DNA from: Octopus vulgaris
Lineage: Eukaryota
Assembly (NCBI GenBank): GCA_951406725.2
Contig: OX597826.1
Location: 32,364,001-32,428,000 of the forward strand
DNA length: 64,000 bases
Direction: 5' to 3'
Of this stretch, positions 40,690 to 55,745 are shown piece by piece. Under the pieces are notes generated by a model, which saw only the letters and a program-made list of their open reading frames with translations, searched no databases and had not been told where the DNA came from. The stretch's first letter is position 1. Every line of letters begins with the position of its first letter. Both the position numbers and the translations under genes were made by a program.

Positions 40690-41009
40690 AGGTAAAATAA
40701 TTTTCATGTGAAAGTCCATATACAAATTATTTGTTTGCTAGAATATTTTAAAGCAGGTTTTTTTACTTTTTTGTTGCTTTTGGTTTCTTTAATTTGTTTT
40801 ATTTATTTATTGCTTAATGCTTGTTCTTTTGCACTAAACATTGTAGGTGCAAGTATGGCTGAATGGTACTGAACTTTGCTTCTCAACTATATGATTCTAT
40901 GTTCAGTTCTGCTGTGTAGCACCTTAGGAAAGTGTCTTCTACTATAGCCTAGAGTCGGCCAAAGCCTTGTGAGTGGATTTGGTAGATGGAAACTAAAAGA
41001 GGCCCATTA

Positions 41010-41320
41010 CATGGTAAACAGGTCACGGTTTCAGAGCGATGAAAATATTTTGACAAATTGAATTTAAATATTGAAGTGAATTTAACAGTTTTGTAGTAAA
41101 GATTGTTTGCCAACATAACATAGCAGCCCTGATTTAGGACGAATGTTGCTGTAATTTAGCCCCAGGAGACATTGTCTCCAGCTAGCTATACATTCAGTTT
41201 TGAGCTGAGTGGGGGTGCTAGATTGCCTTGCTAGAAAATATAAGGATACATATCGTGTTGTATAACCAGTGGGAGATGATGTCTTCTGGTGCTAGATTAC
41301 AGCAACATTAGTCAACCATG
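41010..41320. mobile_element. Internally deleted, opposite-orientation copy of the inverted-repeat element at 61822-62250
   Basis: AGTAAAGATTGTTTGCCAACATAACAT...TTTAGGACGAATGTTGCTGTAATTTAGCCCCAGG arm, internal TTTTGAGCTGAGTGGGGGTGCTAGATT, and a partial right arm GCTAGATTACAGCAACATT. Confidence 0.75.
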
Positions 41321-41672
41321 ATGTGAAAATTATGGATCATAAATATTTCAGAATGGAATAGTCTTGGTTCAGAAGATTATCTCTAAAATAATAACATCGT
41401 TGTGATGCAAGTGCCTGATATTCCCTTATCAGACAAGAAGTCATTATGGATATAATGGGATTCGTATATTTGTACCCCAGCATCACTTTGATGGCATGCA
41501 TTGCTCTCTCACTCAATAATAGGGACAGTAAAGATTATTAGGAGGGTTCTAAGCACTTGAAAGACTTGTTAGGAATGGCAAAGATTATTCAAAAGTTCTT
41601 GGATGATTGAGTCATCCAAGAGTAAATCCAATTAATTTCCATCACAGGGATGAGATACAAAAAAAATTTTGA

Positions 41673-41702
<30 letters not shown>

Positions 41703-41705
<3 letters not shown>

Positions 41706-41920
41706 CCTTTCTATTATAGGCACAAGGCCTGAAACTTTTGGGGAGTGGGGCCAGTGGATTAGATTGACCCCAGTACATAACTGGTACTTAATTTATCGAC
41801 ACGGAAAGGATGAAAGGCAAAGTAGACCTCGGCAGAATTTGAACTCAGAACATATGGACAGACAAAATGCTGCTAAATATTTTGCCCAAAGTGCTAATGA
41901 TTCTGCCAGCTCACCATCTT
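41703..41920 (-). mobile_element. SINE family A, full length, embedded in (AAT)n
   Basis: Family core present. (AAT)n on both sides. Confidence 0.88.
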
Positions 41921-42189
41921 AATAATAATAATAATAATGATAATAATAATAATAACAACAACAACAACAACAACAACAACAATAGTCATCAAACATCAAC
42001 ATTTACTGCTTATTTTGTTTATTTTTCATCTCTATGATTACAGCTGTATATGCTACCATAGTTTGTTTTTGCATTAAGCTGTTAAGTTTTGTATTTCTTC
42101 TTTGCAAACATGCATTTTATTTAAATGTTACACATTTGTGCTTCCATACTTCAGTTAACATATCTGATGCATTATATCTTTGTGTGTAC

Positions 42190-43745
<1,556 letters not shown>

Positions 43746-44330
43746 AAGTTGTGAAGAATAAATAAAATATATATCTGGAACATTTTTGCTGATTCTTTTT
43801 ATCCTACTCTTTGTCTTGAACAGATTTCATTGCAAGAACAACAGCTTTTTTTTATGTTTCACTTTTTAATGCCAAAATCAAAAAGAAAGAATAGAAAAGA
43901 AAAAGAAAGCATACCTCAGTATGTTACTTATATTTCTTTCTTTTTAAAAAATTTCAATTCGATATGCAAGATTTTAACGCTCTTTCGTACATGTCTGGAG
44001 TAAGTAGACAATTCTGTTTTGTTGTACAGGTTGTGACACGTGTTTACCATTCTTTCTGCTATTATTGATCAGGCCAAACATTATATTAGGTATAAATGAT
44101 TCTGTACAAAGTGATATTTGTTTTGATCTGTTGATTAGAATACCAGGTTTCCTTGGTTTCATATGTAAAATATGAGGATACAGTAGAAAACTTTGAAGCA
44201 AAGTATCCAACACTCATTACTTGATACCCTCTGCAGATGAAGATGATGAGGTCTAAGGGTATTAATAATGGGGGTATGAAGGGTTATGACTTGGAATTAA
44301 ACACTGGAAACTATTACCAAAATTTATAAA

Positions 44331-44549
44331 CTCCTTTCTACTCTAGGCACAAAGCCTGAGATTTTGTGGTGAAGGGGCCAGTTGATTACATCGACTCCAG
44401 TATGCAACTGGTACTTAATTTAGTGACTCCAAAAAGATGAAAGGCAAAGTCGACCTTGGCGAAATTTGAACTCAGAACATAGTGGCAGACAAAATACCAC
44501 TAAGTATTTCACCTGGTATGCTAACGATTCTGCCAGCTTGCCGCCTTTG
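44331..44549 (-). mobile_element. SINE family A, full length, with 17-bp TSD
   Basis: TTACCAAAATTTATAAA at 44314-44330 and 44550-44566. Confidence 0.92.
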
Positions 44550-45685
44550 TTACCAAAATTTATAAAGCTTACCTCTTTTATGCATGCCAACATCATCGTC
44601 AGCTTCATCGTCACCACCACCACCACCACTACCGTCATCATCACAATCATCATCCTTGTCCTTGTCAATGTCATCATCATCATTATCATCATCATCATTT
44701 GAATGCATATGATGTAATGTTGCAGGTGTTTAGCTCATGATTGTTAGACCAGGTGTTTTGATTCTCAGACCAGGTGATGCATTTGTGTCTTGAGCAAGGT
44801 ACTTCATTACACAATACTTGTAGTTAACCCTCGTTATGGACTGGTGCAAACCCGACACATATATATGGGAAGATTTTTCATACTCACAGCTACTTTTATG
44901 CCACCAACTGTCAAATAATCTCTAGCCTAACATGAAACAATAAAAAGCACAACTGGTCCCAGCAGGGTTTGAACTCAGAATGCAAAGAACAGTAACATAT
45001 ACAACAAGGTATTTTGGCCAATATTCTCACACTTCTGTCGATTCACAGTCCTCCCGTCATGTACTTAATGCTATCAAAACCGAAGATGAACATCAAACGA
45101 GATCAATTAAAGGATGACCAAAACGTTAATACAGGCTTAGAGTAAATAATACACTTAGTGGCAGTATTATGGTCGTAAATGTTGTTATTGCTTTATTATT
45201 GTCCTCGTTCTTATATAATCAGTATTAAATTGTCATGGCTGTTGCTGTCAGTAGAAGCATTGCTTAGCTTTAGTGATATCAATGTCCAAACTATTATCTT
45301 TTAATTATCTCAACTGTCTTAATTATAACTAGGCTGACAACACACACACATGTATGTGTACATGAGTGTGTGCAAGAAGGTATCCGTTTATATATGTATG
45401 TATATGCAGGATGTTCCATAGTTATGGGATAAATTTGAAATACAGTATATTTAAAGTGGAGTAGGTACATGCAGTCTTCTAAATTACTAATAAAATATAT
45501 CCCCTCATTATATATATATGTAGGTATATAGATAGTTGCAGCCAGTTTTCCTAAATTAAAGGATGTAACCATTTTTGTATACTTCTACCAAAAAATACTG
45601 GGAAAAGTGCCTAGTATTTCTCAAGGAAGTTCCCAAGGGTTGTTAATCAAACTAGTGGCCTAATGTTCGAATACTTATGCCTATA

Positions 45686-45909
45686 CAAAGGGGTGCTGTA
45701 AATTTCCTGGCTTTAAAGGTGTCGCAAAAGGCCTAGTTGGAAACCCAAACTTCCAAGTTCTTTTCCAGGACTTAGAAAAACTGAAGGACTGCTACAATAA
45801 GTGTATGAATCTAAGAGGGAAATATGTTGAATAAAATCGTAATTAACTGATCCTTCTGCATTTTCTTTTACCTTTAGGTAACAGCCTGGAGACTTTCAGC
45901 ATCCTCTCA
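45686..45909 (+). mobile_element. Mariner-derived MITE, second copy
   Basis: TA|CAAAGGGGTGCTGTAAATTTCCTGGCT ... AGCCTGGAGACTTTCAGCATCCTCTCA|TA. Internal frame FQDLEKLKDCYNKCMNLRGKYVE* matches the mariner transposase C-terminus. Confidence 0.85.
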
Positions 45910-46178
45910 TATGTATGTATGTGTATCTGGTACATTTAGCATATTTGGATCCCATTGACCAGTCTTCTCCATGGTTCCCTGGCATCAAGCTACTGCTACA
46001 AACCCAATTCCTAAGGGCCAACCATGCTTTTATAAAACTTTTGGAATTATATTTCTATTTAAGTGAAAACTGAAAATTCTTTTCATTTTGATAGAAATAA
46101 ATTCATATTAAATGAGACACAAACTTTTTGGGTTTTCTACTTCAAATATTTCCATTTCCAAAATTTAATATTCTAAGT

Positions 46179-46512
46179 TGGGTAACACCAAGAGAAAGGT
46201 ATACAAACAATGAATTGCAGAGACTGATGGGAATAGAGCTAGTGATGGATTTTTCCAAGAGAAAGGGGAGGAAATAGCTGGGTCATGTGCTGAGAAAAGA
46301 TGAAAGGGAAAGGGTGAGAAGAATGAAGGAAATGAATGCAAAGTGAACAAGAGGAAGAACAGTGACAAAGAAGCCATGATTAAGAAGAAACAGGGGCAAA
46401 TGAAGTTGGGGTGGAGAGGACATAGGGGATAGGGGAAAATGAAGAAGATTTTCATGAGGGTTGTTACACAAACTTCTACTTTAGCAGGGAATACTAACCT
46501 TAAAATGTTTGT
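46179..46512 (+). mobile_element. RTE-clade LINE 3' fragment, decayed
   Basis: VTPRERYTNNELQRLMGIELVMDFSKRKGRK*LGHVLRKDERERVRRMKEMNAK*TRGR...DRGK*RR matches the RTE pattern GVT..DR..N.ELR...G......R..RL.W.GHV.R......V.......G.RGRGRP.KTW...DR..WR. Confidence 0.75.
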
Positions 46513-46516
46513 TGTA

Positions 46517-46725
46517 TGTTTATTCTTTTATTCTTTTACTTGTTTCAGTCATTTGACTGTGGCCATGCTGGAGCACCACCTTTAGTCGAGCAAATCGGCT
46601 TACAATTCTTTGTAAGCCTAGTATTTATTTTATCGGTCTCTTTTGCCGAACCTCTAAGTGATAGGGACGTAAACACACCAGCATCGATTGTCAAGTTATG
46701 TTGGGGGGACAATCACAGACACACA
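46517..46725 (-). mobile_element. Family B 3' half
   Basis: Close match to 5293-5500. Confidence 0.88.
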
Positions 46726-48720
46726 TTAACATGGAATTTTAATGGAAGCTTTTAATTTAGATCCCTTTAATAAAAGGAGTTTCTATCATGGGACTAGGAG
46801 TGGTCCCAGACAGGTTAAACAGGTTCAGAGACTTAAATGTAAATCTCATATCAAACAGGATATAAAGACATTCATTCTTTTCCCAAAGAAATTATCAGCT
46901 GAATGTTGCTAGTGAAACTGAGATGCAGATGTGTTTCTTTGGAGTGTTGGCATCTTACTGCATATCTCCGAGTAGAAATTATTTAAAAAATATAACAAGG
47001 AACTTCTGAAAGAAATCTTTTAATTTTCGTTGCTGATATTTTCAGTTGCTATAAATGATAAGTGATAATTAGATGTTGAATTCATTGCTTAAAGGTCAAG
47101 AGTTCAGAAGAAGTCATTAAATCTACTCGCCTTAATATTTTTCATGACCAAACTTGAGAAAATTGGTATTTATAAAATCCCAGCTTCTTCAGCACGTGAA
47201 TATACTTTAAATAGAGAAATAAAAAGACAACAAAAAACACCAAGGCGACAGAAAAATTTAAAATAAAACATGTGAGACAATATATTAATTTAATATGTCT
47301 ATGATGTTGTTTCACAAGATTAAGATATTTTTTCTTTAAGACAGGATGCTTAAAGAATGGGATCAGCATTAAAACTTCTATTTTATATTTCTAAGAAACA
47401 TTTAATATCAATAGATTTATAAATGCTCAGTGATAGAAAATGTTAACAGTAGCAGATCAATAATTGTCAAATGACCAAACAGCTGGCAGTTTTTCGAATG
47501 CAACACAGTTGCATTACAACAGACAATAGACATGTCACAGAGCGGTTATGTCTCACTCTTCAATAAAACTTTTATGGTATTTTGGAATTATAATACCATT
47601 TCGAGTATTTAAGCAATAAATGCTGAGCTCCTTAAACTGTAACTTTCATTTTTATAATCTTGAAATGCTTCAAGGTTTCTTTATAATTCAATACGGTGAG
47701 AGATAAACAGCTTAGAATGAAAAGAATACAGAATTATTAGCTTCCTAAACATTCAATAAGTACTTTTAATACATAAGAAGAATTAGATTTCCAGTGGTTC
47801 TATTTTGAAACAACAGGTGTTTGCTCTCTGCATGGGAAAAATAAAATTAAAGAATAAATAGTAAAAAAAAAAATATACTATTGTTTGGAAATTAGTTATT
47901 TCTTATAACCTATCACAATAATAACTGAAAAAAAAGAAAGAAATATTGATACTATTTTCAAAATGAAGGTAAAGATAAATCAAATTTTAAAAAAATGAAA
48001 ATAGCTATTTTGAAAATTTAGAATTTGCTTCTTCATCTTACAAGCAGGTGTAATAAAATGTGTTGAAAAATGAAGTTAAAATTGTAATTTACTTAATTTC
48101 TTATTAATTTTTTTTGTAAGCACATTTATTTATTTATTTATTTGTTTGTTTATGTGAGTATTGTTTTAACCTTGAAGCCTCAATAATACACACCAAAACT
48201 GGTGCTTCCGTTATATTCTCAAAGGTTTTCAAAAGGCGTTTTTGAAAATTTAATGATTCTATAGCGTACAAAATATTAAAAAAAAGAATGAAGATTTTGG
48301 AATGTATTTATAATGTGCTAAATTAAGCAAATTTTCTCAGAAATTTCTTTGAAGCAAAAGAATAAAAATATATATGGAGAGAAGAAGAATATTTCTTGAA
48401 CTATGGGTTGCTACTATCTATAAAAGAAATTTCAAAAACATAGAAAATGAAAAAAAAAAGAAATGAATGTAAAAAGTTGGTTTTTAAGATAAATGCAAAA
48501 ACAGTGAAAGAGTTCTTTGTTAGGTGAGATAACTTTATGAAAATTAAATTTTCCATCTTGCAGGTATGTCTCTATTGATTGAAGTGAAGATTCTTTCTTA
48601 TTTTTGGAGTCGAAATCCAGAAACATGAAAACAATAATGTGAGTGTGTGTGTGTGCGTGTGTGTGTGTGAACATGCAAGTTTCAGGATATGATATTTCCA
48701 TTATAAGAATGCACGCGTGC

Positions 48721-48793
<73 letters not shown>

Positions 48794-49089
48794 AGCATAC
48801 ACTTGTATTTCCTTGCTAACAAACAGAAAGGTAGAAAAATTATTTCTAACATAAGTATAAGGACAGAAATTTTATGAGAGGGAGTTAGTTGATTACAATT
48901 GCCAACCTTACCCATTATATGACTGGTACTTGAATTTTTGCTTTAACATCTTCAGAAGAATCGTAATTCAAATTCAGAACAGAAAGAGCTGGAAAATACT
49001 ACAAGGTAATTGGTTCTAATGAGTCTGCCACTTCATATAATAGAAGATAACAATACTTAGTAATGAATATGAATATATATGTGTGTGTG

Positions 49090-49445
49090 GAGGTGCAATG
49101 GCCCAGTGGTTAAGGCAGCAGACTCATGGTTGTAACATCACAGTTTCAATTCGCAGACTGGTCATTGTGAGTGTTTATTGACTGTAAACACCTAAAGCTC
49201 CACAAGGTTCCGGCAGGTGGTGGTGGCAAACCCTGCTGTACTCTTTCGCCACAACTTACTCTCACTCTTTCTTCCTGTTTCTGTTGAACCTGTATTTTGG
49301 AGGGCCAGCCCTGTCACACCCAAGAACTATGTTAAGGGTTCACATGCCTGTGGAGTGCTCAGCCACTTGCATGTTAATTTCTTGAGCCGTTTGTTCTGTT
49401 GATCGGATAAACTGGAACCCTCATCATTGTACCGACAGAATGTGC
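49090..49445 (+). mobile_element. tRNA-derived SINE sharing the family D 3' half but with a different head and body
   Basis: A-box TGGCCCAGTGG. From ACCTGTATTT onward it matches 3714-3897. Confidence 0.8.
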
Positions 49446-49450
49446 CACAA

Positions 49451-49494
<44 letters not shown>

Positions 49495-49544
49495 TATATG
49501 AATATATATCAGTCTTCATTGTTTCCTCGTTATCTTTTTAATTG

Positions 49545-49965
49545 TAATTCCCACATTTTCTATGCTTGCATGAGCCAGACAGCATTTATTGAAGCAGTTT
49601 TCCCATAGCCAAATGCTCTTCCTACTGCCAATTCTCAGTTGTCTTCAAGTAAGGTATTATTTCTGCATAACTAGTCACATTTCCATGGAAAACTGGAAAC
49701 AAATGACACTGTTTGTATGATAGCAATACTAATTCATGTGTATCACATGATGTCAAGAGCCAGGCATGCACGCACCCTCCACACACGCACACACACACAT
49801 GTATACAATGGAATTCTTTCAGTTTCCATCAATCAAATTCATTCATGAGGCAGTGGTCAGCTTAGGGCTATTGTAGAAGACATTTGGTCAAGGTGTTGTG
49901 CAGTGGGATGGAACCTGAAATCAAGTGGCTGGAAAGCAAATGTCTTAACCATGCAGCAAAACCTG
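49545..49965 (-). mobile_element. Chimeric SINE: family B head plus RTE-type tail
   Basis: Colinear with 8168-8577. Confidence 0.7.
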
Positions 49966-50439
49966 TAACTTATTTTTTGTTCAAATTTCAAAAACTGACT
50001 TATAATACATATAAAAATCTCCCCATATTCTGTTATTCCATGCTGCAATTTATGGCAAAATCCCTCAATTCCATTCTAATATGATGTAAAACGATGTGAC
50101 TTTCAAGGAGTGATACTTTTTCAGTTACCAACAGTTTCAGGTTCTTCAACAAATAACCTATCCCACATATTTTTCAAATCTCTTTTGTCTTTCACTTGTT
50201 TCAGTCATTAGACTGCAGCCATGCTGGGGCACCACATGGAGAAAAAAAGTTGCCAGCCAGCAGCCATGGAGAATTGAGCTCCGCACCTCTCAGGTACTGG
50301 TTGAATGACTTGTGCTATTAAGCTAAATGATTCCTGGTAACAATTACTGTCAATTTTAATGCTAAGAAATAGCTTTTTGGAATGTGGGAACATTTCATAG
50401 ACAAACTTTAGAAGTGATGAATGTGCAGACAAGAAAGTA

Positions 50440-50801
50440 AATTTCAAATGCAGTCGTCAGCACCACTTGTGTCCATGTTTGGTTCATCTGGTACCTCCAT
50501 GGTGCTTAAACTTGACATGGCTCAGAAGGTCAAGTCAGGAATAGAACAGTCTCAAGCATTGATCATATGGCAGCATGGGTGGTGGTCTTGGCTGGAGTTG
50601 CCAGGCTTTGTGTTGCTTTTTTTTTGCTTTTTCAGTCTTTCTCCTCTCCTCAAAAGTGGGACAGCTGAGATGAATAACTCTTCATCAGGATTGATGGTCG
50701 TTGGCTTCTGCTTCCCAGGTGTTAGGACTGATGCCATCTTGAAGATGAAAAGACTTCAGCTGATCTTTGAATCTGCGTTTTGGAGCTCCTTGATGTTGCA
50801 T
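50440..50801 (-). mobile_element. RTE-clade LINE C-terminal fragment (second lineage), 3 internal stops, frame intact
   Basis: 50801-50484 translates QHQGAPKRRFKDQLKSFHLQDGISPNTWEAEANDHQS**RVIH...FEERRK...DQCLRLFYS*LDLLSHVKFKH, matching the RTE pattern R..GG..KRFKD.LK......I....WE..A.DR..WR...C..C.R.F..R.GL.SH...H. Confidence 0.85.
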
Positions 50802-52780
50802 ATATATATATATGTGTGTATAGTAGTGAAGGCTACCAGGTAGGATTGTGTATTTACCCTTGGAAGATGAAAAAAAGTTGCTAGTAGGCAGCTATAGAGA
50901 ATAGAACCCCATACCTCTCACATACCAGCTGAATACCATTAAGCTATGTGCTTTTTGTTATTAGCAATAGAAACAGTGTTATTTCAAAATAGTATTCTGC
51001 ATATCTTGGTGTGGATATACAGTAGAAAGCTAGAAAACTGTGGTATTTATTACATTTAAGATCTTTCTACAGACCCTAGAAATGGAATGATACTCAAAGA
51101 ACTAAAAATCTACATTTAACAATTCCAATGCTGTTGGATGGCTTTTATACTTCTGTGCTTTTTGGTGCTATAATATCTATACAAAATATTTTCTTGAAAC
51201 AAATGCCAAAGCTTTCTGGTCTTCCACAGCATATCCATGTTAAGTAAGACAAACAGAATGCTATATAGAACTCTGATATGTGGAGGAATTAGTTACATTA
51301 CTTAAAGAATAATAGGAAAGCTATGATAGAGAAATAAGTATTAAATTATATCATTTAGTAAGTCCAGCAATTTAGGGGGGAAAAAATCAAGCCATTTACA
51401 TTGACGTTGATTGAAGTTTGTGGCACAGATCTCGTTTTATACATTACAGAGGAAAACAAGTCATTTATATGGTATTATATAAATTGCCAAATTTACAAAT
51501 TAGCCATTATTGTGTGTACAATTGTTGGGGTAAATAAATGTTTATCAGGAAATAGGAACAAATATTGTTTGTTATTGTAGTGGAATAACAAAGTATTATG
51601 TATTCTTATTGGTAATAAAGGCAACATAGCTAAATGAGTAGCTTTGCAAATTGAAGAAACACACACAACACACACACACACACACATGCACACACACACA
51701 ACATAGAGCACATGTATACACACATTATAAACACACTTACACACACACACTACACAGCAGATGCATATGTATATATATATATATATATAGATATATATAT
51801 ATATATATATATATACCACCTACACATATTTCATAGTAGACATCACACAGACACAGACATTTGAACATACATAGAGTACCTATATATGTATGTCTGTGTT
51901 TGTGTGTGTGTGTGGGTGTGGGTATATATATATATATACACACACACACATAAATATGTATATATGGACATATATAGACATACATATAAACAGCTAGCTA
52001 CCTATACACACCCACACCCACCCACACACCCATAAAGATTCATTCACATGTGCATACACGCATGTATGTATGTATATATATTGGCTACACAACTGTCATG
52101 GAATTGACTTAGCCAAACTTATGTGTTCTTCGAATATATTGCATAGATTTCTATGCAATCAGCATCATTGTCATCATTCATATTGTCGTCAGCATATCGG
52201 TCATAGCTGACGTCAGCATCATTATCATTCCACATCATCGTCATCATCATCACCATCATCACTGTCATCGTCATCCCCAGCATCATCATTACCATCGCCA
52301 TCGTCACTGCTCTCATCCAATGTATTCACCATCAGCTGTCCAGTTTTCCATATCGCCAGCATCATCATCAATCAGTTAAATAGTTTCATTCAATCAGCAT
52401 CCGTTGTTGTTATCATCTTGCCTGTAGCTATTTTGCTATCCTGTAGCCCTCTTAACTATAATTACCTAGTTCTATCATTAGTATGTCCACCCATCAATAA
52501 GGAGCTTTGATTCTTATTTCCATCAATCTGAGCTGTTATATTTTCCTTTGTTTACTCTCCTGTATTCTCTCTTCTACAACTTCAGCATCGGCAGAAGAAT
52601 TACCAAGAGACAATTACTCCAATGCAGACTCCATCACAGATCTTCTCCATTCTCCTCTTTTCATTTCTTTCTCATGCATGTTGTACACAGAGATGTTTAT
52701 ATAAAACCATACTACATCACTGATTCATATAGTGTGGTAAAATAGCATATAAGCAAACTGTAGTATCAGGGATATTTCGT

Positions 52781-52819
<39 letters not shown>

Positions 52820-53254
52820 CTATTCATATTATTATTTTTTCCTCCAATTTTTCAACCCTTTCGTACGCAGCAAAACTGGAGTGGATTTTTTTGTGCCAGA
52901 TTAATCCACGATTCAGTTTTACCAGTAAAATAACATCATCGTTGTCATCATTGTTCTCATGTCCACATTTCAATACTTGTGTGACACAAATACACACATG
53001 CACTCACACACACACATGCACATGCGTACGTGCACACGTACACACACACACATACTCACACACATATGCACTCATACATATACACACTTACACACACATA
53101 CATACACATATACACACACATGCACACACACACATATATGCATGCATACACACATGCATACACACATGTATACACACACACATGCATATACTTCAAGGAT
53201 TGTGATCTGTCTGGCTGTTTCCCTTATTTAAGCCATCTCTTTATCTTTCATTGT

Positions 53255-53640
53255 TTAGTTGTCTCAGTCATTAGACTGTGGCCATGATGGAGCACTGCCT
53301 TGAAGAATAATAGTTGAATGACTTGAACCTAGTTCTAATGCTTTTAAAGCCCGGTACTTATTCCGTTGGTCTCTTTAGCTGAATTGCTAAGTTGCAGAGA
53401 TGTAAACACATCAACATGACTTAACAACCAGCAGTGGGGACAAACATATGCACATATACACACACACACATATATACCACAGGCTTCTTTCAGTTTCCAT
53501 CTATCAAATCCACTCACAAGGCTTTGGTCAGCCTGGGGCTTTAATAGAAAACACTTGACCAAGGTGCCATGCAGTAGGACTGAACCCAGAACCATGTGGT
53601 TGAAAGGCAACAAACTTCTTACCACATAGCCATGTCTGAC
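53255..53640 (-). mobile_element. Family B SINE, near full length, followed by (TA)n-(GATA)n at 53648-53766
   Basis: Family head, core and tail motifs. Confidence 0.85.
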
Positions 53641-53643
53641 CCT

Positions 53644-53686
<43 letters not shown>

Positions 53687-53708
53687 TAGATAGATAGATA
53701 GATAGATT

Positions 53709-53767
<59 letters not shown>

Positions 53768-54041
53768 GATATGTGGAGACAATTATATAAAGGCCTGAAA
53801 TATCTTTTGCCATGTTTAATATAGAGTTTTCTGCTATTTTATTTCTTGCTATAGTTTATTTATTTATTCTAATTCCTCACTAAGAATATAGTTGTGGAAT
53901 ATTGCTATAAAACAGATATCCAGATGATGTCTCATAAACCATTGGCCAAACTGGGTTTCATTTGGAAATCGAAGACATAAAGAAAAAGATAATGAAGAAA
54001 GAAGAGAAAGAGAGTGAGGAGTGGAAATAAGAGAGTGAGAG

Positions 54042-54076
<35 letters not shown>

Positions 54077-54889
54077 GAGAGAGAAAGAGAAAGAGAGAGA
54101 GGAGTAAAAGAGAAAGATAGAGTAGGTAGAATATAAGTAGCAGTAAAAGTATAAATTGGTATCATTGAAGAATGAGAGAAAAAAAAACAACATAAATATA
54201 TGAACAAAATAAAATAAAAAATATTTATTGCTTGAAGTATTTCAGTGATGTGGAAGATGGCATTGGAAGTGATAAAGTGTATGAGAAAGAAGAAGAAAAG
54301 GAAAAAAAAAAGAGCTAGAGAGAATTGCATAAAAATCCTTTAAATAAATGCTGGTTAGTTCCTCCCATCCACTTTCGTTTTGGTTGTGTCGGCACATATA
54401 TAGATGTGAACGTTTTCTGCTGACATATAACCAGGAGAAGAACTTCAGTTAAGTTCCTGTATTTCACTAATTTAATAATGTAACCCAATCACCTGTCATA
54501 TTATTCTTTGACCCAGACATTGATGCTCGTTAATTTTATGCAAGAGTCTTGATTTGTATGGAGTATCGCACATAAACATGTTGTGCTATCCGTAACTGAA
54601 TAGTTAAGCAGAAGATAGGAATTAGAATGGTATTAAATGTCTGCTACAAGAACAAAAGACAAAGCCACATTCTGCTTCAGATACAAGTTTTCGGTAGTTT
54701 TTCTAAAATGGTCTACTAAGATTCGGTTGATGTGATATGGTTTTTAATTTTGGCATAAGGCCAGAACTTCTGAGTGGGGGAGTTTAATGGATGATATCAG
54801 TGGTTCTTTACTGTTGTCTGTAGGATGCCTGGGGACACATAGAAGATTTTTGAGGTTCCACGCAAGCAAAAGAGCAAACTTGAGACTCA

Positions 54890-55262
54890 CAGTAGGAGAA
54901 AATTACCGAGTGCTCCATTTCTCATCCGGCTGCAATCATCAGTTGAGCGCTGTGCTTCACTGAGATTTTGGCCCGTTATGCTCAGTATCTCTCCACAAGG
55001 TGGGCCCACAACAGCTGGATGTATTGCGTTGCAACCAGATTCATGCCAATTCTGTGGTCTTATATGCTTTCGCAAACCTCCTGGTAATCCAAGTACTACC
55101 CTCAACCACTTTCTCCCCATATTCCTTTAAGATCCTCCTCGCAGCAGATACACCAGCCACCTTCAGAAACCTTCTGAGAGAAGCTGCTGGGAAACCACCA
55201 CAGCCAACCTCAAACGTCCAGGAGCCAGGAACACATTTTGCTTCAGATGTGTTTATTGCAAG
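54890..55262 (-). mobile_element. HERO-clade non-LTR retrotransposon 3' fragment (end of restriction-like endonuclease plus 3' UTR)
   Basis: Open frame 55259-55041: ...WTFEVGCGGFPAASLRRFLKVAGVSAARRILKEYGEKVVEGSTWITRR...*, matching the HERO pattern EVGCRGF...S....L...G.......I...AE..S.WLW..R. Confidence 0.8.
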
Positions 55263-55304
55263 AAACTTCTAGGTTTCTTTCTCTAGTATTATACATAGTT
55301 CAAA

Positions 55305-55517
55305 GGCGACGAGCTGGCAGAAACATTAGCAAGCCGGGTGAAATGCTTAGCAGTATTTTGTTTGTCTTTACGTTCTGAGTTCAAATTTTGCTGAGGTCAA
55401 CTTTGCCTTTCATCCTTTCAGGGTCAATAAACTAAGTACCAGTTGTGTACTGGGGTTCAATCTAATTGACTGGATCCCTGCCCCAAACTTTCAGGCTTTG
55501 TGCCTTGAATAGAAAAG
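55305..55517 (+). mobile_element. SINE family A, full length, with perfect 17-bp TSD
   Basis: ATTATACATAGTTCAAA at 55288-55304 and 55518-55534. Confidence 0.92.
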
Positions 55518-55745
55518 ATTATACATAGTTCAAACAGTACAAGTTAATGTGAGAAAAACAAAATAAAAATTTGGGAAGAATTATCTACAGAACTCATTTA
55601 AAAGCATCAAGTGGCTGTGGGAGATCAATCAAAATAAAATAATAATTAATATGGTAATTGCCATTGTATTTCATCAATGGAGAACATCTTCTCCCTCCAG
55701 ATGACTGTGGGTTCATGCCACACTCAATTCATTGGAATAAAGGAA

